From: Pseudobdellovibrionaceae bacterium
GTDB lineage: Bacteria; Bdellovibrionota; Bdellovibrionia; Bdellovibrionales; Bdellovibrionaceae
Length of the DNA: 11,739 nt
Reading direction: 5' to 3'
Assembly (NCBI GenBank): GCA_039810425.1
Contig: JBDHWW010000075.1
Location: 1 to 11,739, forward strand
Position 1 is the first letter of the stretch. Each line of letters starts with the position of its first letter. The translations under genes were made by a program, and so were the position numbers. The notes beneath the pieces are model-generated. The model saw only the letters and a list, made by a program, of their open reading frames with translations, had not been told where the DNA came from and did not search any database. This document shows positions 1 through 8,042 of the stretch, in pieces.

Positions 1-67
1 GAGTTGGAGGTATATTTGCGGATTAAGGTGTCTTTTCTTTTGTTTATAACAATGAGACAGCGTGGTT

Positions 68-158
68 AAAGAAAAGGCCTTCTGACAAAGCTTCCGAACT
101 TCACCACCGTCGTCCGGAATCCTGCACCCCCTTTGCCATCAACAGCGTAAGGGGTCAG
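68..158 (-). other. Three tandem hairpins followed by a U-rich tract (terminator/3' UTR structure or sRNA)
   Basis: Hairpins at 122-158, 92-119 and 77-91, then CUUUUCUUU on the minus strand. Confidence 0.4.
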
Positions 159-230
159 TTTTTAAGAATTAAAAAGGATATTCCAAAATACGCAAGAACT
201 CCGCTCTGAGACCGTAACGTATCCGGATGG

Positions 231-965
231 TTAGATACTGCAGATTTTTTGGAAGGAAGCTACTTCCAGCGAAGCCCCTCCGACGAGGAAGCCATCGACA
301 TGCGGAAGGGCCGCGAGGCCACCGGCATTGTCTGGTTTCACACTCCCGCCATAGAGAATCGGCGCGGCGAACCCAAGGCTCTTCAGAATTTCGAAGACAT
401 CATTGTGAGTCTCTTGCACTTGTTCCGGCGTCGCCACTTTGCCCGTGCCGATCGCCCAAACAGGTTCGTAAGCAACCACAAGAGGCTTTGTTTTGTCCGC
501 TTTCGCCAGCCCCTGCGTCAGCTGATTTTTCAAAACTCCTTTGGTGTGATTGCCTTCGCGCTCTTGCAAAGTTTCACCGATACAAAGCATCGGCACAAGG
601 CCTTGGCTTTGGGTGAACGCCACTTTGTCGGCCAGCAGTTCATTCTTTTCACCAAACAGCTGGCGACGTTCACTGTGACCGATCAAAACATACTTCGCAC
701 CAAGCTCTTTCACCACGGCGACCGAGTTTTCACCGGTAAAGGCTCCCATTGCATGGGTGTAAGCGTTTTGCACGCCAAAATTGAGAGAATACTTCGCATT
801 AAGTTTTTGAATTGAAGTGCCCGCCGCTTCGAGAGAAATCGCCGACGGAAAAAAGACGACTTCATTCTTGCTGCTGACCTGGAAAGCTTCACCCCATTGA
901 GCGAAAAATTCACGAGTCTCTTTGGGAGTTTTAAAAAGCTTCCAGTTAGCAGCAAAAATTTTCAT
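231..965 (-). CDS. tpiA: Triosephosphate isomerase
   Basis: Motifs NWK, GHSERR, AYEPVWAIGTG, YGGSV and GGASL; lies downstream of pgk. Confidence 0.98.
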   Translation of the reverse strand: MKIFAANWKLFKTPKETREFFAQWGEAFQVSSKNEVVFFPSAISLEAAGTSIQKLNAKYSLNFGVQNAYTHAMGAFTGENSVAVVKELGAKYVLIGHSERRQLFGEKNELLADKVAFTQSQGLVPMLCIGETLQEREGNHTKGVLKNQLTQGLAKADKTKPLVVAYEPVWAIGTGKVATPEQVQETHNDVFEILKSLGFAAPILYGGSVKPDNAGGLAALPHVDGFLVGGASLEVASFQKICSI

Positions 966-1017
966 GTATCAATCCAGTTCTGGGCCGCCGGGGCCCGACA
1001 TATCTTCGCTGTCGCGC

Positions 1018-2226
1018 CTATCTAATACGTGCTCTTAAGATTTCCAAACCTGGCAACCGATCACCTTGGAGATACTCCAAGCTCGCACCGCCACCCGTAG
1101 AAATGTGAGTCATCTTGTCTGCATAACCAGAGGCTTCCGCCGCCGCTGCGGAGTCCCCGCCCCCCACGATCTTATTTCCGGTATTTTCCGCCAACGCTTT
1201 TGCTACGGCGAAAGTGCCTTTTGAAAACTCTGGAGTTTCAAAAACGCCCATCGGACCGTTCCAGAAAACCGTCGCGGCTTCGCTCAACGCAATGGTGTAG
1301 GCACGCTGGGTTTTAGGACCGATATCCACGCCAAGTTCATTGTCCGGGACATTCACGTCGTTTGTCACATGCGCTGATTTGGTATCACTGATCGACGTCG
1401 TTACAACGTGATCCACCGGTAATAGCAAGGTCTTGTCCCGGGCCTCAATACGCTCAATCATTTGCCGAGCATAATTCAACTTATCGGCTTCAACCAAGGA
1501 CTTGCCGATGTTGTGGCCTTTCGCTTTCAAGAAGGTGTAAGCCATCGCTCCGCCGATGATGAAACCATCGACGATGTCGAGGAACTTCTCGATCACAGCG
1601 ATCTTGTCAGACACTTTAGAGCCGCCAAGAACCGCCAAGTAAGGACGTTTTGGATTTTCCAAAAGGCTCTCAAGCATCGTGATTTCTTTTTCAATCAAGA
1701 AACCAATCGCCTTTTCTTTCATCAAATTTGGCAAAGCATGAATGCTCGCGTGCGCTCTGTGGGAAGCTCCGAAAGCATCGTTGACATAAACGTCAGAGTA
1801 GCCCGCCCATACGGTTGCCAACTCTTCGCTGTCTTTCGTTTCGCCCGGAACAAAACGGACATTTTCCAAAAGCAGCAATTGATTCTTTTTCAAGTTTTGC
1901 AAAAGCGCCTTGATTCCATCGCTCTCGATGTCTTCCCAAAGAATGACTTCAGACTTGAGAAGCTCAGACATGCGCTTCGCCACCGGCTCGAGTGAAAACT
2001 GGCGGTCCGCTTCAGACTTCGGACGGCCCAAGTGAGAGCACATCACGATCTTAGCGCCTTTTTCCATCAAGTACTGAACTGTCGGCAAACTCGCAGTGAT
2101 ACGAGTCTCATCCGTGATTTCTCCGCCCTCAAGAGGCACGTTTAAATCCAGACGAAGGAAAACAACTTTCCCCGTTACATCCATTTCACGAACTGTCTTA
2201 ATCCCTTTAAGTCCCTTGTTTGCCAT
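1018..2226 (-). CDS. pgk: Phosphoglycerate kinase
   Basis: Motifs [47 protein letters not shown] and [11 protein letters not shown]. Confidence 0.98.
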   Translation of the reverse strand: MANKGLKGIKTVREMDVTGKVVFLRLDLNVPLEGGEITDETRITASLPTVQYLMEKGAKIVMCSHLGRPKSEADRQFSLEPVAKRMSELLKSEVILWEDIESDGIKALLQNLKKNQLLLLENVRFVPGETKDSEELATVWAGYSDVYVNDAFGASHRAHASIHALPNLMKEKAIGFLIEKEITMLESLLENPKRPYLAVLGGSKVSDKIAVIEKFLDIVDGFIIGGAMAYTFLKAKGHNIGKSLVEADKLNYARQMIERIEARDKTLLLPVDHVVTTSISDTKSAHVTNDVNVPDNELGVDIGPKTQRAYTIALSEAATVFWNGPMGVFETPEFSKGTFAVAKALAENTGNKIVGGGDSAAAAEASGYADKMTHISTGGGASLEYLQGDRLPGLEILRARIR

Positions 2227-2229
2227 CGA

Positions 2230-3237
2230 TTACATTCCCTTAGAAGCCATGTATTGAGCAACGTCCACCATGCGGTTTGAAAAGCCAGTTTCGTTATCGT
2301 ACCAAGCAAGAACTTTTACCATGCGTGGGCCCACAACCATCGTCGAAGCCAAGTCCACGATGGAAGAGTGTGCGTTGCCGTTGAAGTCGATAGAAACCAA
2401 CTCAGAAGTTTCAACCGCCAGAACACCTTTCAGGGCGCCTTTAGAAGCTTCGACTAAAGCATTGTTCACAGCCTCTTTCGTGACATCTGTTTTAGCTTGG
2501 AAAGTGAAATCCACCAAGCTCACGTTGGGAGTTGGCACGCGAACAGATATTCCGTCAATTTTGCCTTTCAACTCTGGCAACACCAGGCCCACGTTTTTCG
2601 CCGCACCTGTCGTAGTCGGAATCATGCTCACCGCTGCCGCCCGGGCACGGCGCAAATCTTTGTGAGGAGCATCCAAAATCTTCTGATCGTTCGTGTAAGA
2701 GTGGATCGTCATCATCGTCCCGTGATCGATACCGAACTTATCATTCAAAACCTTTGCCAAAGGAGCCAAACAGTTTGTCGTGCACGACGCATTTGAGACG
2801 ACGGTGTGTTTTGCAGCATCGTACTGAGTGTGGTTGATCCCGTAAACCAAAGTAAGATCCGCACCTTTTTCCGCAGGGCCGGAAACCATGACTTTTTTCG
2901 CACCAGCTTGAATGTGCTGCATGAACTCTTCTTTTGTTTTAAAAGCGCCCGTACAATCCAAAACCAAGTCAACGCCCCAAGCTTTCCAAGGGATTTCAGC
3001 TGGGTTGCGAGTTTTTGACACGTGAATCTTTTTGCCATTCACGATCAGGTTTTCACTATCATGAGAAACCTCCGCGCCGAAACGGCCATGAGCAGAGTCA
3101 TACTTCAGCAAGTGAGCATCGCCATCGATGCTGTCCAACGTGTTGATACCGACGATGTCGAGTTTTTCAAAACCTGCTCTGAAAAACACCCGACCGATAC
3201 GACCGAAACCATTAATACCAACACGCAATTTTGCCAT
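2230..3237 (-). CDS. gap: Type I glyceraldehyde-3-phosphate dehydrogenase (335 aa; true start MAKLRVG)
   Basis: GINGFGRIGR Rossmann motif, catalytic ASCTTNC, RVPTPNVS and WYDNE. AGGAG RBS at 3246-3250 precedes the ATG at 3237. Confidence 0.97.
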   Translation of the reverse strand: MAKLRVGINGFGRIGRVFFRAGFEKLDIVGINTLDSIDGDAHLLKYDSAHGRFGAEVSHDSENLIVNGKKIHVSKTRNPAEIPWKAWGVDLVLDCTGAFKTKEEFMQHIQAGAKKVMVSGPAEKGADLTLVYGINHTQYDAAKHTVVSNASCTTNCLAPLAKVLNDKFGIDHGTMMTIHSYTNDQKILDAPHKDLRRARAAAVSMIPTTTGAAKNVGLVLPELKGKIDGISVRVPTPNVSLVDFTFQAKTDVTKEAVNNALVEASKGALKGVLAVETSELVSIDFNGNAHSSIVDLASTMVVGPRMVKVLAWYDNETGFSNRMVDVAQYMASKGM

Positions 3238-3276
3238 AGTTAGGACTCCTGAAAAAGATTTGGATTTTGAAGCCCC

Positions 3277-3305
3277 AATCTGCGCCAGAGCCCCCAGAAA
3301 ATCAA
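3277..3305 (-). promoter_or_regulatory. Possible promoter of gap-pgk-tpiA
   Basis: TTGATT-17 nt-CAGATT on the minus strand upstream of the gap RBS; weak -10. Confidence 0.3.
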
Positions 3306-3444
3306 CAGAAGGTACGCCGTACCTTTTTCGGATGCGGCGTGGCATTACAGTCTCCTCGACCCTGCTACCTAGTACTGGCACTTTCCGCTGTAAACTGAGA
3401 ATATTTACGTGAACGTAGACACTGAATTCGGGACCGATTTTGAC

Positions 3445-4101
3445 ATGAAATGTATTCTCTGCGAGTCGACTAGAACTGCCTCTTTTGCCGTCGAAAAGAA
3501 ACCGGCGCGCAACTATTTCCACTGCGACCAGTGTGATTTGATTTTTATGGACCCCGACGAGCGCCTGTTGCCCGAGCAGGAAAAGGCCCGCTATGACCAG
3601 CACCAGAACGAAGACACCAGTGGCTACCGGAAGTTTTTGGCGCCCCTGATTCAGGACATCCAAAACTACAGTGTGATGCTCGGTAAACAACCACCAGAGG
3701 TGAAAATCCTCGACTATGGCTGTGGCCCGACGGCGTTTTTGGGTTCGATGCTGAGTGAGCTCTCTTACCGGTCCGCGAACTATGACCCGTTCTATTTCAC
3801 CGACCAGAAACCGCTGCAAACAAACTACGACGTCATCACCAGCACCGAGGTGTGGGAGCATTTCCATCACCCCCGCGAGGAAATCACCCAACTCGTGAAG
3901 GTATTAAAAACCTTTGGCCTGCTTGCCGTGATGACCGCGGCCCACCCGGGTGTCGGCCTTTTCCACGACTGGCAATACCGTCGTGATTTGACCCACGTGA
4001 TTTTCTTTACCGAAAAAACCATGCGCTGGATCGCCGGCCACTTCGATTTAGACCTGATCAAAGCACAAACCCCGTACTGGGTCTTCCAGAAAAAGGCTTA
4101 A
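3445..4101 (+). CDS. Class I SAM-dependent methyltransferase with N-terminal CxxC..CxxC zinc-ribbon-like segment
   Basis: MKCILC...HCDQCD, motif I ILDYGCGP, YDVITSTEVWEHF and WQYRRDLTHV. Start placed at ATG 3445 because the Cys motif follows immediately. Confidence 0.88.
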   Translation: MKCILCESTRTASFAVEKKPARNYFHCDQCDLIFMDPDERLLPEQEKARYDQHQNEDTSGYRKFLAPLIQDIQNYSVMLGKQPPEVKILDYGCGPTAFLGSMLSELSYRSANYDPFYFTDQKPLQTNYDVITSTEVWEHFHHPREEITQLVKVLKTFGLLAVMTAAHPGVGLFHDWQYRRDLTHVIFFTEKTMRWIAGHFDLDLIKAQTPYWVFQKKA

Positions 4102-4103
4102 AG

Positions 4104-4508
4104 ATGTCTCTGAAAACCTTCGCCCTTCGCTTAAAACCCGATCAAGATCTGAAAAAAGAACTCGCAAACTTTTGCCAAGCCAACAAACTGCAAGCATCAA
4201 CAATTGTCTCGGGAGTTGGTAGCTTGACAGTTGCAGAAATGCGCCTCGCCGATGAAAAACAAAAAGTCGTCCTGCAAGGGCCGTTTGAGATCGTGTCCCT
4301 GACGGGTACTTTGGGCTGCGAGGGCCTGCATTTGCATATCGCCATCGCCGATCGCGAAGGCAAAGTCCTTGGCGGGCATTTGCTCGATGGCTGCTTGATT
4401 CACACGACGGCAGAATTGGTTTTACTAGAAAATACCGAGATGATTTTTAAACGTGAGCACGATCCTGCGACCGGCTTTAAAGAGCTGGCGATTGTTCCGC
4501 GTAATTAA
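4104..4508 (+). CDS. PPC/DUF296 domain protein
   Basis: ALRLKPDQDL, GVGSL, FEIVSLTG, HLHIAIAD and GGHL motifs are typical of DUF296; starts 2 nt after the methyltransferase stop. Confidence 0.9.
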   Translation: MSLKTFALRLKPDQDLKKELANFCQANKLQASTIVSGVGSLTVAEMRLADEKQKVVLQGPFEIVSLTGTLGCEGLHLHIAIADREGKVLGGHLLDGCLIHTTAELVLLENTEMIFKREHDPATGFKELAIVPRN

Positions 4509-5193
4509 AAAGACCGTAGATCTTTTCCCACTTTTCACACGAGCGCGCTTCGATTTTCACATTTTCTTGCGTCCATGGGTGACGGAGTTCAAGACTCCGC
4601 GCCTTGAGGCACAAGCCCGGAACGCCCAGCTCATTACGGAAAAAACGATTCTGACGGCAATCACCGTGATCAGCATCGCCAATCAGCGGATGCGAAATTC
4701 GATTGAAATGACGGCGCAGCTGATGCCAGCGGCCCGTCACAGGTTTTGCTTCGACCAGCGAATAGCGCGACGTCGGAAAGCGCTTGGCGACACTCACCGG
4801 GAACTCAACGGTGGCCATGCGTTTGTAAATTGTCTTAGCCTCCACAAGGTCGCCGGTGGAGTCGAGCTCTAGCGGCAATTCAATGTCGCCGCCTTCAGGC
4901 ACATAACCGCGCACAACCGCGTGATAAGTTTTCTGCAGGGCTTTTTCAGCAAAGAGCTTACTAATCTCGCGAGCCGAACCCGACGACAGCGCAAACAGCA
5001 ATACGCCGCTTGTGCCGGCATCTAAGCGATGCACTGGATACACATGCTGCCCCATCATATCGCGAGCGACATAGAGGCAAATTTTATCGCGTGGCACTTT
5101 ATTGCGGCGATCTTCATGGGGATGAACATGAAATCCCGAAGGTTTATCCACGGCGATAAAGTGCTCATCCTGATAAAGAAGTTCAAGGCTCAT
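4477..5193 (-). CDS. truC: RluA-family pseudouridine synthase, TruC-like
   Basis: VDKPSG, catalytic PVHRLDAGTSG, TGRWHQLRRH and HPLIGD..HG motifs; no S4 domain; YSLVEAKP segment resembles TruC. The symbol is a best guess within the RluA family. Confidence 0.8.
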   Translation of the reverse strand: MSLELLYQDEHFIAVDKPSGFHVHPHEDRRNKVPRDKICLYVARDMMGQHVYPVHRLDAGTSGVLLFALSSGSAREISKLFAEKALQKTYHAVVRGYVPEGGDIELPLELDSTGDLVEAKTIYKRMATVEFPVSVAKRFPTSRYSLVEAKPVTGRWHQLRRHFNRISHPLIGDADHGDCRQNRFFRNELGVPGLCLKARSLELRHPWTQENVKIEARSCEKWEKIYGLFNYAEQSPAL

Positions 5194-5789
5194 TAGATGA
5201 AAGTTCTTTGATGTTTTGGAATATGACCGACGTCATTGTGACTGATCACCATCTTGCGGTGATCGCCTTTAGAGCGAAGTACGACCACAGACATTCCGCA
5301 TTGCTGAATGTCCATATTCATCCACTGATGTCCTTCGAGCTCCATCACTTTACAGATCAGATAGCGGATGATGTTGCCGTGACAAACAAGAACTTCAACG
5401 GAGTCCTTGCGAGAGGTTTTAAAATATTTTTTGTAAGCACGGTCCGCTTGAGCTTTATGAGACTTCAATTTGTTTTCGTCAGTATGACCGTATTTTTTGC
5501 GAAGATTCTTTGGAAATCCTGGGACACACTCACGAAGACTGTCACAAGACTCCATCTTCTTTCGGTAACCGAGGGTTTTCTTTATGATCTCAGCCGTTTC
5601 TTGTGCACGAGGCATTGTGCTATGAACGATGCGATCGATTTTATGTTCGCGAAGGCGTTTGCCCGCAAGCTTTGCTTGCTTACGACCGAGGGTCGTCAGC
5701 TTTTCCAAAGTCTTTTCAGCCTTTGGATGATACTGACCGTGGCGGACCAGAATAATCGTCTTTTTTGGAATGGCCGCCTTCTTTGCCAT
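5193..5789 (-). CDS. Histidine phosphatase family protein, PGAM5-like
   Basis: LVRHGQY, LTTLGRKQA, IVHSTMPRAQET and VCHGNIIRY motifs; its stop overlaps the next start (TAATG). Confidence 0.9.
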   Translation of the reverse strand: MAKKAAIPKKTIILVRHGQYHPKAEKTLEKLTTLGRKQAKLAGKRLREHKIDRIVHSTMPRAQETAEIIKKTLGYRKKMESCDSLRECVPGFPKNLRKKYGHTDENKLKSHKAQADRAYKKYFKTSRKDSVEVLVCHGNIIRYLICKVMELEGHQWMNMDIQQCGMSVVVLRSKGDHRKMVISHNDVGHIPKHQRTFI

Positions 5790-5792
5790 GAA

Positions 5793-6302
5793 TTACTGAG
5801 CCTTTACGCGGCAAACGAGATCCAAGATATAAGAATCCTGACCATCAGCCACTTCAAAGTGGCTTTGCACTTCAGGGTAACGTGGTGAACAACTTGCAGA
5901 CGATGTAAGCTTCACACCGTGGCTGTCACACACGACTTGCAAGACGCCGAGCTCTTCGCCCGGGTAAGTAGGATCTTCTTTAGAAAGGATTTTTGTGCGG
6001 CAAACAGCATCGCCCACTTGGAACTCCAAGTTGTTGGCTTCTTCGTTCACCAAAACCTGATCAACGTTGTTCTTTGTCGCGACAAGGACAAATTTGTAAC
6101 CCTGAACTGTCAAGGCATCCACCGCCGTCAGAGCACCTGGATCGACAGGATTCGTTTGAATCCCTTTTTGCGGAGCTGGGGTCGTCGGAGCGGGAGCTTC
6201 AGATTGTGGAGGTTGCAAACCAGGAGCCGTCACATCGGTTTTGTTTCCCGAGCACGCAGCCAAGGTCACAACAGTGGCTAAAGCGAAGACAAACTTTTTC
6301 AT
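5793..6302 (-). CDS. Predicted lipoprotein, unknown function (169 aa)
   Basis: MKKFVFALATVVTLAAC signal peptide II with lipobox LAAC; G-rich RBS (AGGGGG) before ATG 6302; Pro-rich linker; four further Cys. Confidence 0.82.
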   Translation of the reverse strand: MKKFVFALATVVTLAACSGNKTDVTAPGLQPPQSEAPAPTTPAPQKGIQTNPVDPGALTAVDALTVQGYKFVLVATKNNVDQVLVNEEANNLEFQVGDAVCRTKILSKEDPTYPGEELGVLQVVCDSHGVKLTSSASCSPRYPEVQSHFEVADGQDSYILDLVCRVKAQ

Positions 6303-6310
6303 GAATCCCC

Positions 6311-7084
6311 CTACCATTTGATTTTTGGGAACATCTTTAGGGCATTTTCGCGAGTCACTTTTGCAAGCTCCTCAACGGTAATGCCTTTCAGATCCGCCAC
6401 CAATTTCGCGGTATGAACCACGAAAGCTGGCGTGTTCTTCTTACCACGCATCGGCACGGGCGCCAAGAAAGGGGCATCGGTTTCAACGTGAATACGGTCC
6501 AATGGTAAAGACTTCACAATCACGCGCAAACTGTCGGCGTTTTTAAAGGTCACAACCCCACTGATAGAAATATTATAACCCAAATCCAGAGCCTGATCCG
6601 CCAGCCATTGAGTGCCGGTAAAGCAGTGGATTATCCCCTTCACGCGGCCTTTGAACTCTTTCATGATCTCGATTGTGTCCTCATCGGCATCGCGGGTGTG
6701 GATCTGCACCGGCATCCCGGTACGGGACGCGATTTCAAGCTGGGCACGAAAAGCCTGTTTCTGCTCTTCATGCGGGGAGTGTTCATAGTAATAATCAAGG
6801 CCGATTTCGCCCACAGCGATCACCCAAGGCTTGGTGACATTGGCTTCAATGAAAGCGCCAATTTCGGGAGTATAGATTTGGCCCTCATGCGGGTGGATGC
6901 CGAGAGTGCAAAAAACATCAGGATAGTTCTTTTCCGCAAGCTCCAAAACCAAAGGCAGATCCGTTGGCTCAGTGCCAATCGTCACGACTTTCACAACGCC
7001 AGCGTCACGGGCGATACGCAGGGCCTCGGCAGGCCCTTCTTCAAGCATATTCAGATGTGCGTGTAAATCCATCCACTCCGTCAT
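6311..7084 (-). CDS. tatD: TatD family hydrolase/DNase (YcfH-like), 257 aa
   Basis: DLHAH, GIHPH, GEIGLDY, IHTR, IHCF and ETDAP motifs; start MTEW is 1 nt after the holB stop; conserved tmk-holB-tatD order. Confidence 0.93.
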   Translation of the reverse strand: MTEWMDLHAHLNMLEEGPAEALRIARDAGVVKVVTIGTEPTDLPLVLELAEKNYPDVFCTLGIHPHEGQIYTPEIGAFIEANVTKPWVIAVGEIGLDYYYEHSPHEEQKQAFRAQLEIASRTGMPVQIHTRDADEDTIEIMKEFKGRVKGIIHCFTGTQWLADQALDLGYNISISGVVTFKNADSLRVIVKSLPLDRIHVETDAPFLAPVPMRGKKNTPAFVVHTAKLVADLKGITVEELAKVTRENALKMFPKIKW

Positions 7085-7085
7085 C

Positions 7086-8042
7086 TTAAGCCTCCACCGC
7101 TTGTTGGCCGATCCAGAACTCTTCCACCAGCAATTGGACATCACGATTGGCGAAAATTTCTTTTTCAGTCACAAGAGATTTGTCTAATAGGTCCAAAATT
7201 TCCTCACGCGGACGGCTTGCCAGAGTTTTCAAAAGCTCGCCCTGATCCACGTTCATGATTTGCTTTTTCTGATCTTCCTGGAAGTACAAAACGTCTCTCA
7301 AGAAAGAGATCCAGTAAGAAAGAATTCGCTGTGAGCGTGCGCGTTCTTTGAACGAATCGCGCCAGCTATTGTCGGTCAAAAAATCTTTGTCCTCGAGGAA
7401 CTGTTGCAACAACGACAGAGCCTCACCACGGAGTTCTTGCTCGGGGCCCTCTTGCAATTGGCCGAGCTTTTCAAAACTGCCCTGACTGGCACGCACCGCC
7501 CACTCTGGAGCTCCCGGAGCCCCGCGGGAAACCTCCATTGGTGACAAAGGTTTAAAGCTCACCGTGCGAGAGCGCGAACGAATCGTCGAAAGAACACCGG
7601 CATTCGTCGGCGCAATCAGAAAGAAATAAGTCTCAGGAGGTGGTTCCTCAAGAGTTTTTAACAGCGAATTCGCCGCCTGCGGATTGAGACTCTGCGCTTG
7701 ATCAATGACAACCACACGGCGCTTGGTCAGCCCCTGCAGGTTCAAGAACTCAATCACCTCGCGGCTTTCTTCGATCTTGATCTGGGGGCCTTCTGAGGCA
7801 ATGACTTTCAAGGATTCATGAGCACCGGCGGCAACGCGCAGGCAAGAGCCGCAGCTGCCGCAAGCGGAATGGGATTTTTCACAGAGCAACGCCTGCGCCA
7901 GACCAAGTGCGATCTTCTTTTTACCGATACCACTTGGGCCGACAAACAAGAAGGTCTGCCCGGGTCTATCGCTCGAGAAAGTCCCGAGAAGCTTGGCAAT
8001 CACTTCTTTGTGACCAAACACTTGGTCTAAGAGACGAGCCAC
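7086..8042 (-). CDS. holB: DNA polymerase III subunit delta'
   Basis: GPSGIGK, zinc module C..ACGSCGSC, AANSLLKTLEEPP and TIRSR; directly after tmk. Confidence 0.93.
   Translation of the reverse strand: MARLLDQVFGHKEVIAKLLGTFSSDRPGQTFLFVGPSGIGKKKIALGLAQALLCEKSHSACGSCGSCLRVAAGAHESLKVIASEGPQIKIEESREVIEFLNLQGLTKRRVVVIDQAQSLNPQAANSLLKTLEEPPPETYFFLIAPTNAGVLSTIRSRSRTVSFKPLSPMEVSRGAPGAPEWAVRASQGSFEKLGQLQEGPEQELRGEALSLLQQFLEDKDFLTDNSWRDSFKERARSQRILSYWISFLRDVLYFQEDQKKQIMNVDQGELLKTLASRPREEILDLLDKSLVTEKEIFANRDVQLLVEEFWIGQQAVEA

Noticed and set aside
90..215. TPP or c-di-GMP riboswitch, tmRNA or SRP RNA
   Set aside because: Isolated words (GGGGTGC, CTGAGA, CAGCGTA, GGCAAA) occur on different strands or in the wrong order, and the conserved cores are missing.
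221..230. ATCCGGATGG versus CTATCCGGGT (8690-8699) as inversion repeats
   Set aside because: Only 8/10 identical, and the right copy lies inside the apparently intact tmk promoter spacer.
213..236. GTTAGAT/ATCTAAC integron attC-like core at the tpiA stop
   Set aside because: No paired L boxes or attC-length hairpin, no integrase, and no cassette array.
227..815. Antisense and alternate-frame ORFs here and elsewhere (e.g. 1462-1995, 4453-4872, 5208-5888, 8768-9178, 10201-10650)
   Set aside because: They overlap well-supported genes and show no recognisable motifs.
969..1015. TCAATCCAGTTCTGGGCCGCC resembles part of tRNA-Sec
   Set aside because: There is no acceptor stem, D arm, anticodon-stem partner or TTCGA loop; only two small GC-rich hairpins.
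1010..1021. 12-bp inverted match with 11707-11718 (ATAGGCGCGACA)
   Set aside because: Several 12-mer matches are expected by chance in 11.7 kb, and it does not extend.
966..1022. PGK-TPI fusion by frameshift (Thermotoga-like); the tpiA frame is open across most of the gap
   Set aside because: An in-frame TGA (969-971) lies two codons before the tpiA ATG, PGK ends at a normal length, and there is no slippery site.
3238..3891. 218-aa N-terminal extension of GAPDH (553-aa ORF)
   Set aside because: It is the antisense shadow of the methyltransferase gene and the intergenic region; GAPDH homology and a good RBS begin at 3237.
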